From Candidatus Bathyarchaeota archaeon (GTDB lineage Archaea > Thermoproteota > Bathyarchaeia > 40CM-2-53-6), in assembly GCA_963833125.1 (NCBI GenBank), contig CAWHWX010000016.1, positions 455,622 to 519,621 of the forward strand: a stretch of 64,000 nt of DNA, written 5' to 3'. How positions within the stretch are numbered: position 1 is the first letter of the stretch; each line of letters starts with the position of its first letter. Position numbers and translations under genes: made by a program. The notes beneath the pieces are model-generated. The model saw only the letters and a list, made by a program, of their open reading frames with translations, was not told the DNA's origin and made no database searches. Shown one piece after another: positions 11,034 through 20,350 of the stretch.

Positions 11034-11681
11034 ATGGGCAATGGGCACACTGGGTTAGTATTGAGACTAATTTGGGCGATTCTAATCTGTACCTTGACAA
11101 TCTCCTCAGCTAGCTCTCTGCTCATCCCGGTTCAATCTGAACCTGTGATCTGGTTTGGCGGCGGCTCGAGTCATAACGTCTCATTTACGGGTATGGGCTT
11201 CCTGCCTACTGACACGACGTGTTCTGTGTCAAGTCCTTCATCAAACCAGGTCTTCCTCTCCTCGGCCTGCGTAGTTCAAGTGGGAACAGGTGCGCCATAT
11301 GGTGGATTCACTATTGGAAACGTGTTACCGGGTTCCTACGTGATTCAGGTCACCGGGAATGACGGAGATTTCGCGCAAGCAATAGTGCAAGTGGGTGAGG
11401 GTGCTAGCCAATCGGGAATGAGTCACGTAGCGGGCCTTCAGGCGGGATCGAGAGTCTCAGTTCAGGCCACTGGCTTACTCCCAATCGATACGACTTGCCA
11501 ACTCTCCAGCCCCTCATCACCCAACGTGATCCTACCAGATACAGCTGCGTGCGTGATTCAAGTTGGGAGCGGCGATGCGTATGGTGGTTTTATTATCGGG
11601 AATGTTCTGCCGGGGTCATATGTGATTCAGGTTACGGGGAATCAAGGAGACTTTGCTCAGACGCTTTTGACCGTAGGCTGA
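11034..11681 (+). CDS. Secreted protein with two Cys-pair beta-sandwich repeats
   Basis: Signal peptide; duplicated unit DTTC...ACV.QVG.G..YGGF.IGNVLPGSYVIQVTGN.GDFAQ. Confidence 0.8.
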   Translation: MGNGHTGLVLRLIWAILICTLTISSASSLLIPVQSEPVIWFGGGSSHNVSFTGMGFLPTDTTCSVSSPSSNQVFLSSACVVQVGTGAPYGGFTIGNVLPGSYVIQVTGNDGDFAQAIVQVGEGASQSGMSHVAGLQAGSRVSVQATGLLPIDTTCQLSSPSSPNVILPDTAACVIQVGSGDAYGGFIIGNVLPGSYVIQVTGNQGDFAQTLLTVG

Positions 11682-11774
11682 ACCGAAGAATTGGTATCCA
11701 GAGTGCCGTGTAAACTTCCGCGATAGAAATTAATACTTATTAGCGTACTAGGACAATTTCGTCTTGACATTCGG

Positions 11775-13239
11775 ATGAAACTCCGAATACTTGTTGTTGG
11801 GCTGTTGGTTGCGGCTTTCTGCCTCTCCATCCTCTCGGTCCCATATGCGAACAGTCAATCTTCCACCTCAACGACTACGATGACGATTACCCAACCCGCA
11901 GGTTCCGGTCACTGTACAGTTCGCTCAATAGCCTTCCAGGCAACGAAGGACGACGAGATTGTGGGAAAATATGGATCTGACGCGCAAATCAATTTCTATA
12001 TAATCTCTCAAGATGAATTAAACTCAATTCAAAATTGCCATCTTCCGTCAAGCGCACGACCTCTTCTTGATGAGGAGAATGCGATCGGCTACGGCAATCC
12101 CTATCGTTCTCTTCCTGTCCCAACCAGCGGAACCTATTACTTCGTATTCATCTTCAATGGTCCTGCAAGTGTTCCGTCAGGTTATGCAACTGTTGAGCTT
12201 AGTTTTCCAGCGGCTACGGTTCTAATCAACAGTACATCAAGCTCTAGCAGCGTAATGAATGTCTCCAGCAGAACAAGTCATTTCCAACACAACGGCAACC
12301 ACCATCACTCTCCCGACTTCCACCACATCCGGCTCGTCTTCGACCTCTCAATCCAGTTCGGGATCAGCGTTCGGTAGATTCGGGACTGTAGGAGCAACTG
12401 TTTTGGTTGTCTTCATCCTACTTCTAGGGTCCTTTGTACTCTATATGAAAAGAAAGACCCCGAGAAAAACGTCGCAGAGCACAGTTACGGTAGAAGAGAA
12501 GTCTTCTCCAAGAGCCGTGCCATTGGCTCCTCAAACTGCTCCTCAACCAGCCCCTCAACCTGCTCCACGTGAACCCCCAGTTAGGGTTAGCGACTTGGAC
12601 AGGCTCTTGGCGGCAGGTTTGCCACAGCGTGCTGCGGTCCTTCTGCTCTCTCCGCGCTGCGAGGAAAGAGACCTACTATTGCGGAAGATCATCCGCTCCG
12701 CAATATCTGCCGGGATGCCGACCGTTTATTTGTCCAGCGATCCAACCAAAATTCAGGACATGGCGAGCACGTACAAAGAGAATTTCTATATCGTTAGTCC
12801 ACAAGCCGCCATAGTTTCAGCCCCTCCCGCGAACGTGTACAAGGTCCCCAGCATAGACAGCTTAAGCGACTTGGATGCAGCATTTGCAAGGATTATGCAG
12901 ATCCACTCACAGCCGACGTCGCTCAATAGATTGCTCGTAGTTGATCTTCTCACATATTCTCACATGTTCCTTCTTCATCAGGGAGTGACAGCCAGAAAAT
13001 GGTTTTCCGATTTTCTTGCCAAACGCAAAGCCCAGAGTTTCACAGTCCTCGCATTTCTCAACCCACTCGTAACCTCCCACGAGGAGACGCAGACGCTCAG
13101 CGATGTGTTCGATGGGCTCATGGAAATCTACCAGAAGCAAATCCACGGGAGGTCGCCACGATTCTTAACCATCAGGAGAATGTTCGGGCGTAAATATTCC
13201 GACTCAGACGTGATGCTCGATAAAAACAAACTATTCTAG
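11775..13239 (+). CDS. Membrane protein: ectodomain, Ser/Thr linker, TM, Pro-rich linker, degenerate KaiC/RAD55-like ATPase; frameshift at ~12265
   Basis: DLDRLLAAGLP, P-loop position SPRCEERD, LVVDLL, FDGLMEI, RFLTIRRMFG. Confidence 0.75.
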
Positions 13240-13315
13240 CTGATTTGAGTGCTGTTCTTTTCTACGATTGTTGATGCCGCAAAACTATAATGCGCCAGTG
13301 ATTCTACGATGGCCT

Positions 13316-14008
13316 ATGCTTCCAGCCTGCTCAATATGCAAGTGTGAGGAGTTCTCGTGCGAGAATTGTCAGGCTCCTGAAGAGTGTGGCAATCATGTTT
13401 CATGCTGTTGTCCGGAAACCCACTTGGTCTGGCGGCGGGGGAGAATTCATCAAGGGTTAATGGTGGAGTATGTCAGTCTCGGATGGATGACTGTTGAAGT
13501 AATTGGTTCGATAGGTATCGGGTTGCTATCAGGTAGTCTTGCTCTGATCGCTTTTGGAAGCGATAGTCTCGTCGAAATGATTTCTGGATTAATGGTTGTA
13601 GCGCACCTGAAGAGCAACTCTGCCAACCCGAGTAATCTTGAACTGACTGAGAAAATTACAAAACTACTTCTGGTTGCGCTGATTCCGATAATTGGCGCCG
13701 GTGCTGTCTACTCTTACGTTACGGGTCTAAGGCCTGAATCCTCGCTTTTGGGTATAGGTGTGGCTGTTGGAGCCGTGGTAATCATGCCTATTCTATGGGT
13801 TCAAAAGAAGACGATAGGACGTGAAACTAACTGTACGCCTCTTTCAATTGATGCGGTAGAATCTGTTACATGCTTCCTCATGGCACTGGCGCTGCTGTGT
13901 GGCTTGCTCATTAACTACTTCTTTGGGATAAGTTGGGTCGATTATGCCGCCACCGCCGTGATTCTGGCGTTTGTGGCAAAAGAGAGCGTGGAGGCATTCC
14001 GTGAGTAA
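13316..14008 (+). CDS. Cation-efflux (CDF/TMEM163-like) transporter with Cys-rich N-terminal domain
   Basis: SLALIAFGSDSLVE, LSIDAVESVTC, WVDYAA; TATA-like CTATAA about 30 nt upstream of ATG 13316. Confidence 0.75.
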   Translation: MLPACSICKCEEFSCENCQAPEECGNHVSCCCPETHLVWRRGRIHQGLMVEYVSLGWMTVEVIGSIGIGLLSGSLALIAFGSDSLVEMISGLMVVAHLKSNSANPSNLELTEKITKLLLVALIPIIGAGAVYSYVTGLRPESSLLGIGVAVGAVVIMPILWVQKKTIGRETNCTPLSIDAVESVTCFLMALALLCGLLINYFFGISWVDYAATAVILAFVAKESVEAFRE

Positions 14009-14150
14009 CCCATTCGATCAGATAATGAAACCTCGTTAAATTCCTTCAATCCATGACTTGAATTGTGTGAATAATCGGCCTTGTGTTAAGGATAGGATGA
14101 CGTACTCACAAGTGTGAAATAACCCTCTGAATCTGTTACAGTGAGCCAAA

Positions 14151-14645
14151 TTGTCTGAACGGAAGTTGCGGTTCAGGATTCGTAGAGGGAATTTCGAAAT
14201 CGAACTCGAGGGAGAATTCGACTATGTGCAAGGGAAATTCGAGGAGCTAATGAGATCCCCGCCAGTGGGGGCTGGGGGGGTGCAAGCCTTAGGTGACCAA
14301 TCGGGCCAGGCATTTGTGCCAGGGGAGGAGCTTGCCGGAATTCTAGAAACTACTTCAGAAGGTAAATTGCATTTCACTATACCCTTCGATAGAATCTCGG
14401 CGAAAGAAGCCATCGGAATCATTGTTTACGGAAGTAATCCTGCACCCATCGAAGACGCCAAACTAATCGAACTTCTTGGAACAAGTTGGAAGGCGGTCAA
14501 GGATAACGTTGTGCGAGCGAGGGTTAGCGAGTTGAGAAAGGAGGGCAAGCTGATCGCCGAACAAGGCAGGTACTCACTTTCAGGGGCCGGACTCCAATGG
14601 ATAAGTCAAGATGTGCTCCCTAAGCTGAGACCGGCAGCAGCATAG
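14151..14645 (+). CDS. Winged-helix protein, paralog of 16074..16607 and 16612..17121
   Basis: C-terminal wHTH VVRARVSELRKEG...GRYSLSGAGL; shares GILETTSEG and VLPKL-like segments with 16074..16607. Confidence 0.8.
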   Translation: MSERKLRFRIRRGNFEIELEGEFDYVQGKFEELMRSPPVGAGGVQALGDQSGQAFVPGEELAGILETTSEGKLHFTIPFDRISAKEAIGIIVYGSNPAPIEDAKLIELLGTSWKAVKDNVVRARVSELRKEGKLIAEQGRYSLSGAGLQWISQDVLPKLRPAAA

Positions 14646-14820
14646 TACTGGATAATCCTAAGAGTACTAATAAGGGATAATAAGACTCGGTGTACTCATA
14701 ATTCTCAAAAGGCAGAACCCAGGCGCCGATTGTTAGGCTCTGGGAATAAAGGGGGAAACGTCCTCGAGTGGGAACCCGAGAACGCACAGTCGGATCTACA
14801 GTGAGGAATGCCGGAGCGTT

Positions 14821-15456
14821 CTAACCGCCCTGCGGAGGTGATGTCGGGGTTATGGAACTAACGGTGAGGGTGTTGGGTGAGCAAGCAGCAGAATTGGCAA
14901 CGACGAGGCTTGTGCTTGTGATCGATAGCTGTCCGATTACGTCAACCCAGCTTCCGATCGGTGGGGATGATGCTGGCAAGTTTTGTAGCGTGTAGTGTAC
15001 GAATTGGAGGCCTGACCTCCAATAGTTCGGGTCTGTCGTTTGAACTGAAAGTTGGGTGCATCCGTTTCCGTTTTGGACTAGGTAGCCATAGCAGGTTACT
15101 TGGTTGCTGCCATTGCCGCCGACAGGGGTGCATGGTGTGTATGTGTAGCCTTGTGCGGGCGAACATCCGTAGTATCCACACGTCTGATAGAACCCAGGCT
15201 CTCTACCGTTCAAATTGATCGCATTATTGACTGCTGCGGCGCTGGTTACTGTATTGGTGTTGGTGGCGGTGACGGTTTGGGTTTGTGTGCTGAAGAAGTT
15301 TTGAGTATTCGTTAGGTACTGTTGCTGGGTTACTGTCGCCACGTGCGGGATTGACATCGTGTACCCTGCGTATCCTAAGCTGAGAATCGCAACGAGAGCA
15401 GCTCCGATAATTGTCAGAGTGGTTTTGTTCATTTTCAACACGTTATAGTGGGGCAC
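14821..15456 (-). CDS. Membrane-anchored extracellular Thr/Cys-rich hypothetical protein (possible OB-fold)
   Basis: N-terminal TM, Thr-rich linker, six Cys, GSWVDVIGQL. Confidence 0.65.
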   Translation of the reverse strand: MPHYNVLKMNKTTLTIIGAALVAILSLGYAGYTMSIPHVATVTQQQYLTNTQNFFSTQTQTVTATNTNTVTSAAAVNNAINLNGREPGFYQTCGYYGCSPAQGYTYTPCTPVGGNGSNQVTCYGYLVQNGNGCTQLSVQTTDPNYWRSGLQFVHYTLQNLPASSPPIGSWVDVIGQLSITSTSLVVANSAACSPNTLTVSSITPTSPPQGG

Positions 15457-15574
15457 ATGGAAAACCGGTTAAGGGTATTTCCACCCAGTAGAAAGCGACT
15501 TCACTAGGTGGAATCAAATTCACCGCGACAAGATCCGACGTCGCCATCGAATACCTTGCGATCATCATCGAAGT

Positions 15575-15853
15575 CTAGTTTGAATTCGATTTAGCCTGTC
15601 CATCAAGCCATTCAAGACGCCGAATCCCCCTGTCCGTCAACGAGTAGGTAAATTGCCCTCCGCTGCGGACACGCTTCAACAAGCCTTGTCGGTAATAGCG
15701 CATCAAAGCCATACGGATCGCATGAATCTCAGACTGTACTTTTCCCGAAGAGATGAGAATCCGCAAAAGCGAATCGCTATCCAACGGCCCCTTGTCCGCC
15801 AAGACTCGTAACAGAACCCGTTTCAACTGATTATAGTCCAAATTACACTCCAA
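15575..15853 (-). CDS. Small wHTH transcriptional regulator (PaaX-N-like)
   Basis: AIRMALMRYYRQGLLKR...YSLTDRGIRRL. Confidence 0.75.
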   Translation of the reverse strand: MECNLDYNQLKRVLLRVLADKGPLDSDSLLRILISSGKVQSEIHAIRMALMRYYRQGLLKRVRSGGQFTYSLTDRGIRRLEWLDGQAKSNSN

Positions 15854-15926
15854 CTCTACACCATTATGCTTTAAAACATTGCATTTCCGTGCTATTGCTC
15901 GTCAGATTCCATCTGAACCGAACGTA

Positions 15927-16014
15927 AGTAACACCTAGCAGAACTATCGATTCTGACGTAATCCTGCTCGAACCCGCACAAACGGCAACGTGCAAATCGA
16001 GTAACACCTAGCAG
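15927..16014. promoter_or_regulatory. Two perfect 15-bp direct repeats AGTAACACCTAGCAG (15927-15941, 16000-16014) in a divergent promoter region
   Basis: Exact repeat with 73-bp period; TATA-like TTTATA at ~16037 (+) and TTTAAA at ~15870 for the divergent gene. Confidence 0.7.
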
Positions 16015-16073
16015 GGTTAATGTGCACTTCAAAGCTTTTATACTGTGTAGGATTGAAACTGAAATGAAAGTAA

Positions 16074-16607
16074 ATGCCGGAAGGCCAACAGGAACTCACA
16101 AGCCTAGCACAGCCGCTAGAAGTCATCATCAGATACGGAACTCTCGAGAAGAAAATTACCGGTCCACCAGACCAGGTCGCAAATGAAGTTCTATCATTCC
16201 TCAACAAAGCTATTCCCCAACTCGAACTCGCGTCCCACCTGTCCTTATCCGTCGACATCAACGAACTCGCAAAAGCCTGTGAGGGGATTCTCGCGGTGAC
16301 GCCCGAAGGGGTCGTCGTCACCGTCCCAGTCGATAAGCTGGCGGACCGCGAACTCCTCCTCCTCTACTTAGCGAAGGCATCGATCGCGCAAAAGCTGGGT
16401 AAGGCAGACAAGGATCTCGTGCAATCAGCTGATTTGATCGTCGCAACCAAGAAATCTGCAGGAACCGTGGCAGGCAGACTCAGCGAACTCTGTGGTGAAA
16501 GTTTAGCGGAGAGAAAGGGCAAGGGTGAGTACCGGGTGACAACCCTCGGGTTGCACTTATTTCGCGAACAGGTTATTCCCAAACTAAAATCCAGCTTGGG
16601 GAAGTGA
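16074..16607 (+). CDS. Winged-helix protein (paralog family), first gene of the putative wHTH-wHTH-nurA-herA operon
   Basis: TVAGRLSELCGESLAERKGKGEYRVTTLGL. Confidence 0.8.
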   Translation: MPEGQQELTSLAQPLEVIIRYGTLEKKITGPPDQVANEVLSFLNKAIPQLELASHLSLSVDINELAKACEGILAVTPEGVVVTVPVDKLADRELLLLYLAKASIAQKLGKADKDLVQSADLIVATKKSAGTVAGRLSELCGESLAERKGKGEYRVTTLGLHLFREQVIPKLKSSLGK

Positions 16608-16611
16608 AGAC

Positions 16612-17121
16612 ATGACTCAAGCTGAAACTTTGCAGGTTAAGGTGCAGATAGACGTGGAAGGCATGCACTACGAGGGCAACGGGTCGGTCGAAGAGATCGT
16701 ACCGCAAGTGATGCAGTTTCTCATCCAAGCCGTCCCCACATTCAATCTCGCGAAGAAACTCGTATATGTTCCCGATCTTGCAGGACTCGCTGACAAAGTC
16801 GCTGATTTCGCTAGGATGACTTCGACCGGGCAATTACTTCTAACTCGCATTAACCTACCAGCTGAGAAAGCGATCACGGTGATACTCTTCATGGCCCAAT
16901 TGGCGGGCAAGATGGGCAAACGAGGATCAGATTCATTGAGTATTGAGGAGATTTCGACCGGAATAGGCAGGGCGCCGAAAACGATTAGAAACGTCCTCGT
17001 CCAGCTTCAACGGTCTAGTCAAATTGATCGTGCCGACCGAGGTAGGTATCGAATCACTTCCAAAGGCCTCATGGAACTCGAGCGATCCCTAGTGGAGTTA
17101 CGCGGAGGAGGTAACGCCTAG
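16612..17121 (+). CDS. Winged-helix protein (paralog family)
   Basis: LSIEEISTGIGRAPKTIRNVLVQL...RGRYRITSKGL; aligns along its length with the upstream gene; 4-nt gap. Confidence 0.8.
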   Translation: MTQAETLQVKVQIDVEGMHYEGNGSVEEIVPQVMQFLIQAVPTFNLAKKLVYVPDLAGLADKVADFARMTSTGQLLLTRINLPAEKAITVILFMAQLAGKMGKRGSDSLSIEEISTGIGRAPKTIRNVLVQLQRSSQIDRADRGRYRITSKGLMELERSLVELRGGGNA

Positions 17122-17220
17122 GTTCTAGGAAAGTGTAGGTTTCATGGCCGCACATAGAGAGAGGGTGCGGCGGCCGCGGGGGATTTGGGGAATCGACCCG
17201 CTAACGGGGGCTGGAATGAA

Positions 17221-18330
17221 ATGAGCCGCCACACCCACCAAACCACAGCTACGCAACAGAAGATAAGTAACTTTCTCTGCCCGGAGGACTCCGGTAGCGT
17301 AATTCCAAAGCACTTCCTAGACTTCTGCCGCGATTCAGTGGAAGCGATCAGAGGAAATCAACTCTACACTGTACCCGCTGTTCCACCGGACTTCGGGAGC
17401 ACACAATATGATGGAGCCGACGGGTTCACGTTGGACCTAGCCGCCGATAGCGAGCACATCGCCAAACTTGACTCTATTACTACAGACCGGCCAGTAATCG
17501 CGGTTGACACATCATCCATCAAACTCGGTGAACTCGCAGACGGAGTGCTATGTGCGTTGCGAGGAGCCGTAGTTGTTCTTGAAGCAAATCAATATCGCTA
17601 TGTGAAGTATGGCCCGTTCGTCTTTTCGCTTGGTTACAATAGTCCTCTCGTCTCTCAAAGTTTCACCAACCTTGGCCTACCGCCGTTCTCAGGCGAGCCA
17701 AATATCGACAGTTTACTGAAACGAGTTCGGAACATGCTTGAGCGATGGCTTCAATACAATGCAAGTTCCTCCGTTAGAAACGCTTTCCTCCTCATCGACG
17801 GCTCGCTCACTGCTGGAACGCCTGACAACCCTTCCAGAGACCTCGAACGTATCTTGCAAAACGCGCGCAGTTCAGGTAGCGCTCTAATCGCCATATCGAA
17901 GAAAACTAAGCTGCGAATAAGAAATGAAGGACTAACTGCGCTGCTCGAGCATGAATCTGATCCTTGTTTACTGGATGTTGACACTGAGATTACGGAGCAG
18001 TTTCCTCCATATCCAGTGCAGTTCTTGGGTCGGGTTTTTGTGGCAAAACTTGCCAGGTTCGGTTTTCCGTTCAGAATCGACATCGACAGGCAAATTCCCG
18101 CCGACGCCGCCGTGAATGAGATTGCTCAGCTTTCTGGCACAGACATTGTAGATCAAGGTTATCCAGAAACCCTCAGAATGGCTCACGTACTATCGACTTT
18201 CACAGCCATGGATGTACTTGCCATGCAAGCTTTCGCTCAGGCTGAATTCGGAGTCCAGATGATGCCTAAACTTGCCCTACGGCATTCACTATTTGGTCCG
18301 TTCGGGACCGCGTGGGAGGCTCTTCATTGA
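17221..18330 (+). CDS. nurA: NurA-family nuclease
   Basis: VIAVDTS, LLIDGSL, IAISKKT, GYPETLRMAH. Confidence 0.85.
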   Translation: MSRHTHQTTATQQKISNFLCPEDSGSVIPKHFLDFCRDSVEAIRGNQLYTVPAVPPDFGSTQYDGADGFTLDLAADSEHIAKLDSITTDRPVIAVDTSSIKLGELADGVLCALRGAVVVLEANQYRYVKYGPFVFSLGYNSPLVSQSFTNLGLPPFSGEPNIDSLLKRVRNMLERWLQYNASSSVRNAFLLIDGSLTAGTPDNPSRDLERILQNARSSGSALIAISKKTKLRIRNEGLTALLEHESDPCLLDVDTEITEQFPPYPVQFLGRVFVAKLARFGFPFRIDIDRQIPADAAVNEIAQLSGTDIVDQGYPETLRMAHVLSTFTAMDVLAMQAFAQAEFGVQMMPKLALRHSLFGPFGTAWEALH

Positions 18331-19785
18331 AGATTCTCAAAAAAGAAGCTGACGACATGCACCTCTTATGCTTCCCAGATGAGGAGGTCGACAAAGGGGA
18401 CTACTTACTCGTAACGGATAGAGTCAAACAACGTTCCCTAATCGTACAAGTGATCGACATTCAATACGCAAACATACCCGGTATCCTGGAAGATCTACTC
18501 AGGGACGGCATATCCGAAGGTTCCCTCTCAGGCGATGAAGTCGACCCTTTCAAAGTATCATCGCAGATCAGAGTCCTGAAAGATACGAGATTGTTGGTTG
18601 GAAAAATCAGAGGGGCAATCGAAAACGGCCGCATAAGCAGAGATGTTGCCTGGTTGCCGTCCAGGAACCATTCTCATGTGGAAGCAATGCCGGCGAAACT
18701 ATTCCTAGAGAATCTGTCGTCAAGGCACGCGTTTGAGATCGGGTCAACGCACCGTTTCCCTCATATCAACTCAGACCTAGCGGCCCTCGACGGACGGCTA
18801 AACATAGTCACGGGTAGGAAAGGGACGGGCAAGTCACATCTTACAAAGCTTCTCGTGACGAGCCTCGTTCAGGAAGGCGCGCCGGTGGTCGTTTTGGATG
18901 TGAACGGGGAATATGTCAACTTGGGACGCTCTACGGACGGACGCCAAATGCATTTATCACCAAAGATAATTTCTTTGATCCCAGGCCTAAACCTGAGGTT
19001 CAGCCTAAGGGAAGTTGGGCTTAGCACCCTGTTGGGGACATTGATTTATGCGCTCGCGCTCCCCGAGAACTCTGCCCGCATATTCAGCCGGATCTGGCGC
19101 GACCTCGAACGGCAGAATCAACTTACTATGGCGGCTCTCGGCGCAGCAATTGCCAACGCCGACTGCCACGAAAGTATCAAAGACGCACTCCAGGCCAGGT
19201 TCAACACCCTCGACGATTCCGGCATATTCACCGACGACAACCGCACAGCCCTAAACCTTGAAGAACTCTTCAGAAACCATTCCACTGGCTGCGCCCTGAT
19301 CGTGAATATGAAGAACCAGTACTCGGCCCTGCGACGAATCGTTGTTGAGTTGCTTATCAGTAAATTCACGGAACTCCTATCCACCCAAAAACTCCGCCGC
19401 ACTCTTCTTGTTCGCAGAGGAGGCCCACTTGTACCTGAAGGAAACTTACTGGGATGACGTCGTTACACGAATGCGGCACTTGGGCCTATTCACCACTTTC
19501 GTTACAAACCAACCGGATACGATTCAGAGCAGTATCTACCGTCAGGCTGACAACGTGTTCCTATTCAACTTCAGCAACGAACACGATCTCGAGATCGTTT
19601 CAAAAGTAGCTAAAGTGGACGCAGATACAATACGTATGGTTGTGCGGGATCTTCCACCACACCGATGCTTGGTGATCGGTGATGTTGTAGCGAACTTTCC
19701 TTTAGTTGTGAATGTGCGCCCGCTAGAGATTCAAACCCTAGGAGCAACGCGTTACTTCTTCGAAGACGCACTAGCAGTGGCCTAG
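18327..19785 (+). CDS. herA: HerA/FtsK-family ATPase with N-terminal HAS-barrel-like region; frameshift at ~19395
   Basis: GRKGTGKS, VLDVNGEY, FAEEAHLY, RMRHLG...VTNQP; TTG start overlaps the nurA stop. Confidence 0.88.
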
Positions 19786-19833
19786 CGGATACAAGGCGAG
19801 CCTGGTTGCAGACTGACCTGCTTTAGACGTGGT

Positions 19834-19971
19834 CTATGAGCTGACGGTTAGGACTCGTTCGGAAACCTCGTGTCCGTGGGTTGTGGTGTGGAAGAAGCAG
19901 TAAGGGCGTCCACATTCCGAGCACGTCCAATTCGCGGCACTCGTACATATGAAAGCGGAACAGCGACCCAT
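19834..19971 (-). CDS. 45-aa zinc-finger microprotein (AN1/B-box-like)
   Basis: MGRCSAFIC...CSECGRPYCFFHTTTHGH. Confidence 0.55.
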   Translation of the reverse strand: MGRCSAFICTSAANWTCSECGRPYCFFHTTTHGHEVSERVLTVSS

Positions 19972-20169
19972 TCGCATCAGGCCGCGCACATATCGAAATT
20001 CGATATAAGACTTCGCCCAATGGTCGCAAAAAGACGCAACAAATCGCAGAAAAAAGACTAGAAATCCTTGAGAGCGATCAAAGGAAGCCAATTCTCGGTA
20101 ACCCTACGCAGTATAAAGACTAAATACGCTGGGGCGTCCTTTCGCTGATCATAAGTGGAGGTGTGAGAG

Positions 20170-20336
20170 TTACCAACTCACGGTTCGTTAACTAAGGCAG
20201 GCAAAGTCCGCTCCCAAACCCCGAAAGTTCAGGGACGTGAACGACATTCCCCTATCCCCAAGATAAGGGTGAGAAGGAATTCTGAGAAACGTTTCGAATT
20301 GGGACGGAAGCCGGTCAAAACTACCTACGCACATAA
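20170..20336 (+). CDS. rps30e: Ribosomal protein eS30 (S30e), absent from the ORF track; apparent TTA start and frameshift at ~20313
   Basis: PTHGSLTKAGKVRSQTPKV...; SD GGAGGTG at 20157-20163; restored end GRKPGQNYLRT*. Confidence 0.9.
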
Positions 20337-20343
20337 TCGCCGG

Positions 20344-20350
20344 TTTTTTT
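20344..20350 (+). terminator. Oligo-T archaeal terminator after rps30e
   Basis: T7 run 7 nt after the restored stop codon. Confidence 0.5.

Noticed and set aside
14092-14130. Possible C/D box sRNA (AGGATGA...CTGA)
   Set aside because: Too short, imperfect box C, no internal D'/C' boxes
14646-14705. Recurring GTACT / ATAA motifs after the first wHTH gene
   Set aside because: Too short and irregular to distinguish from chance
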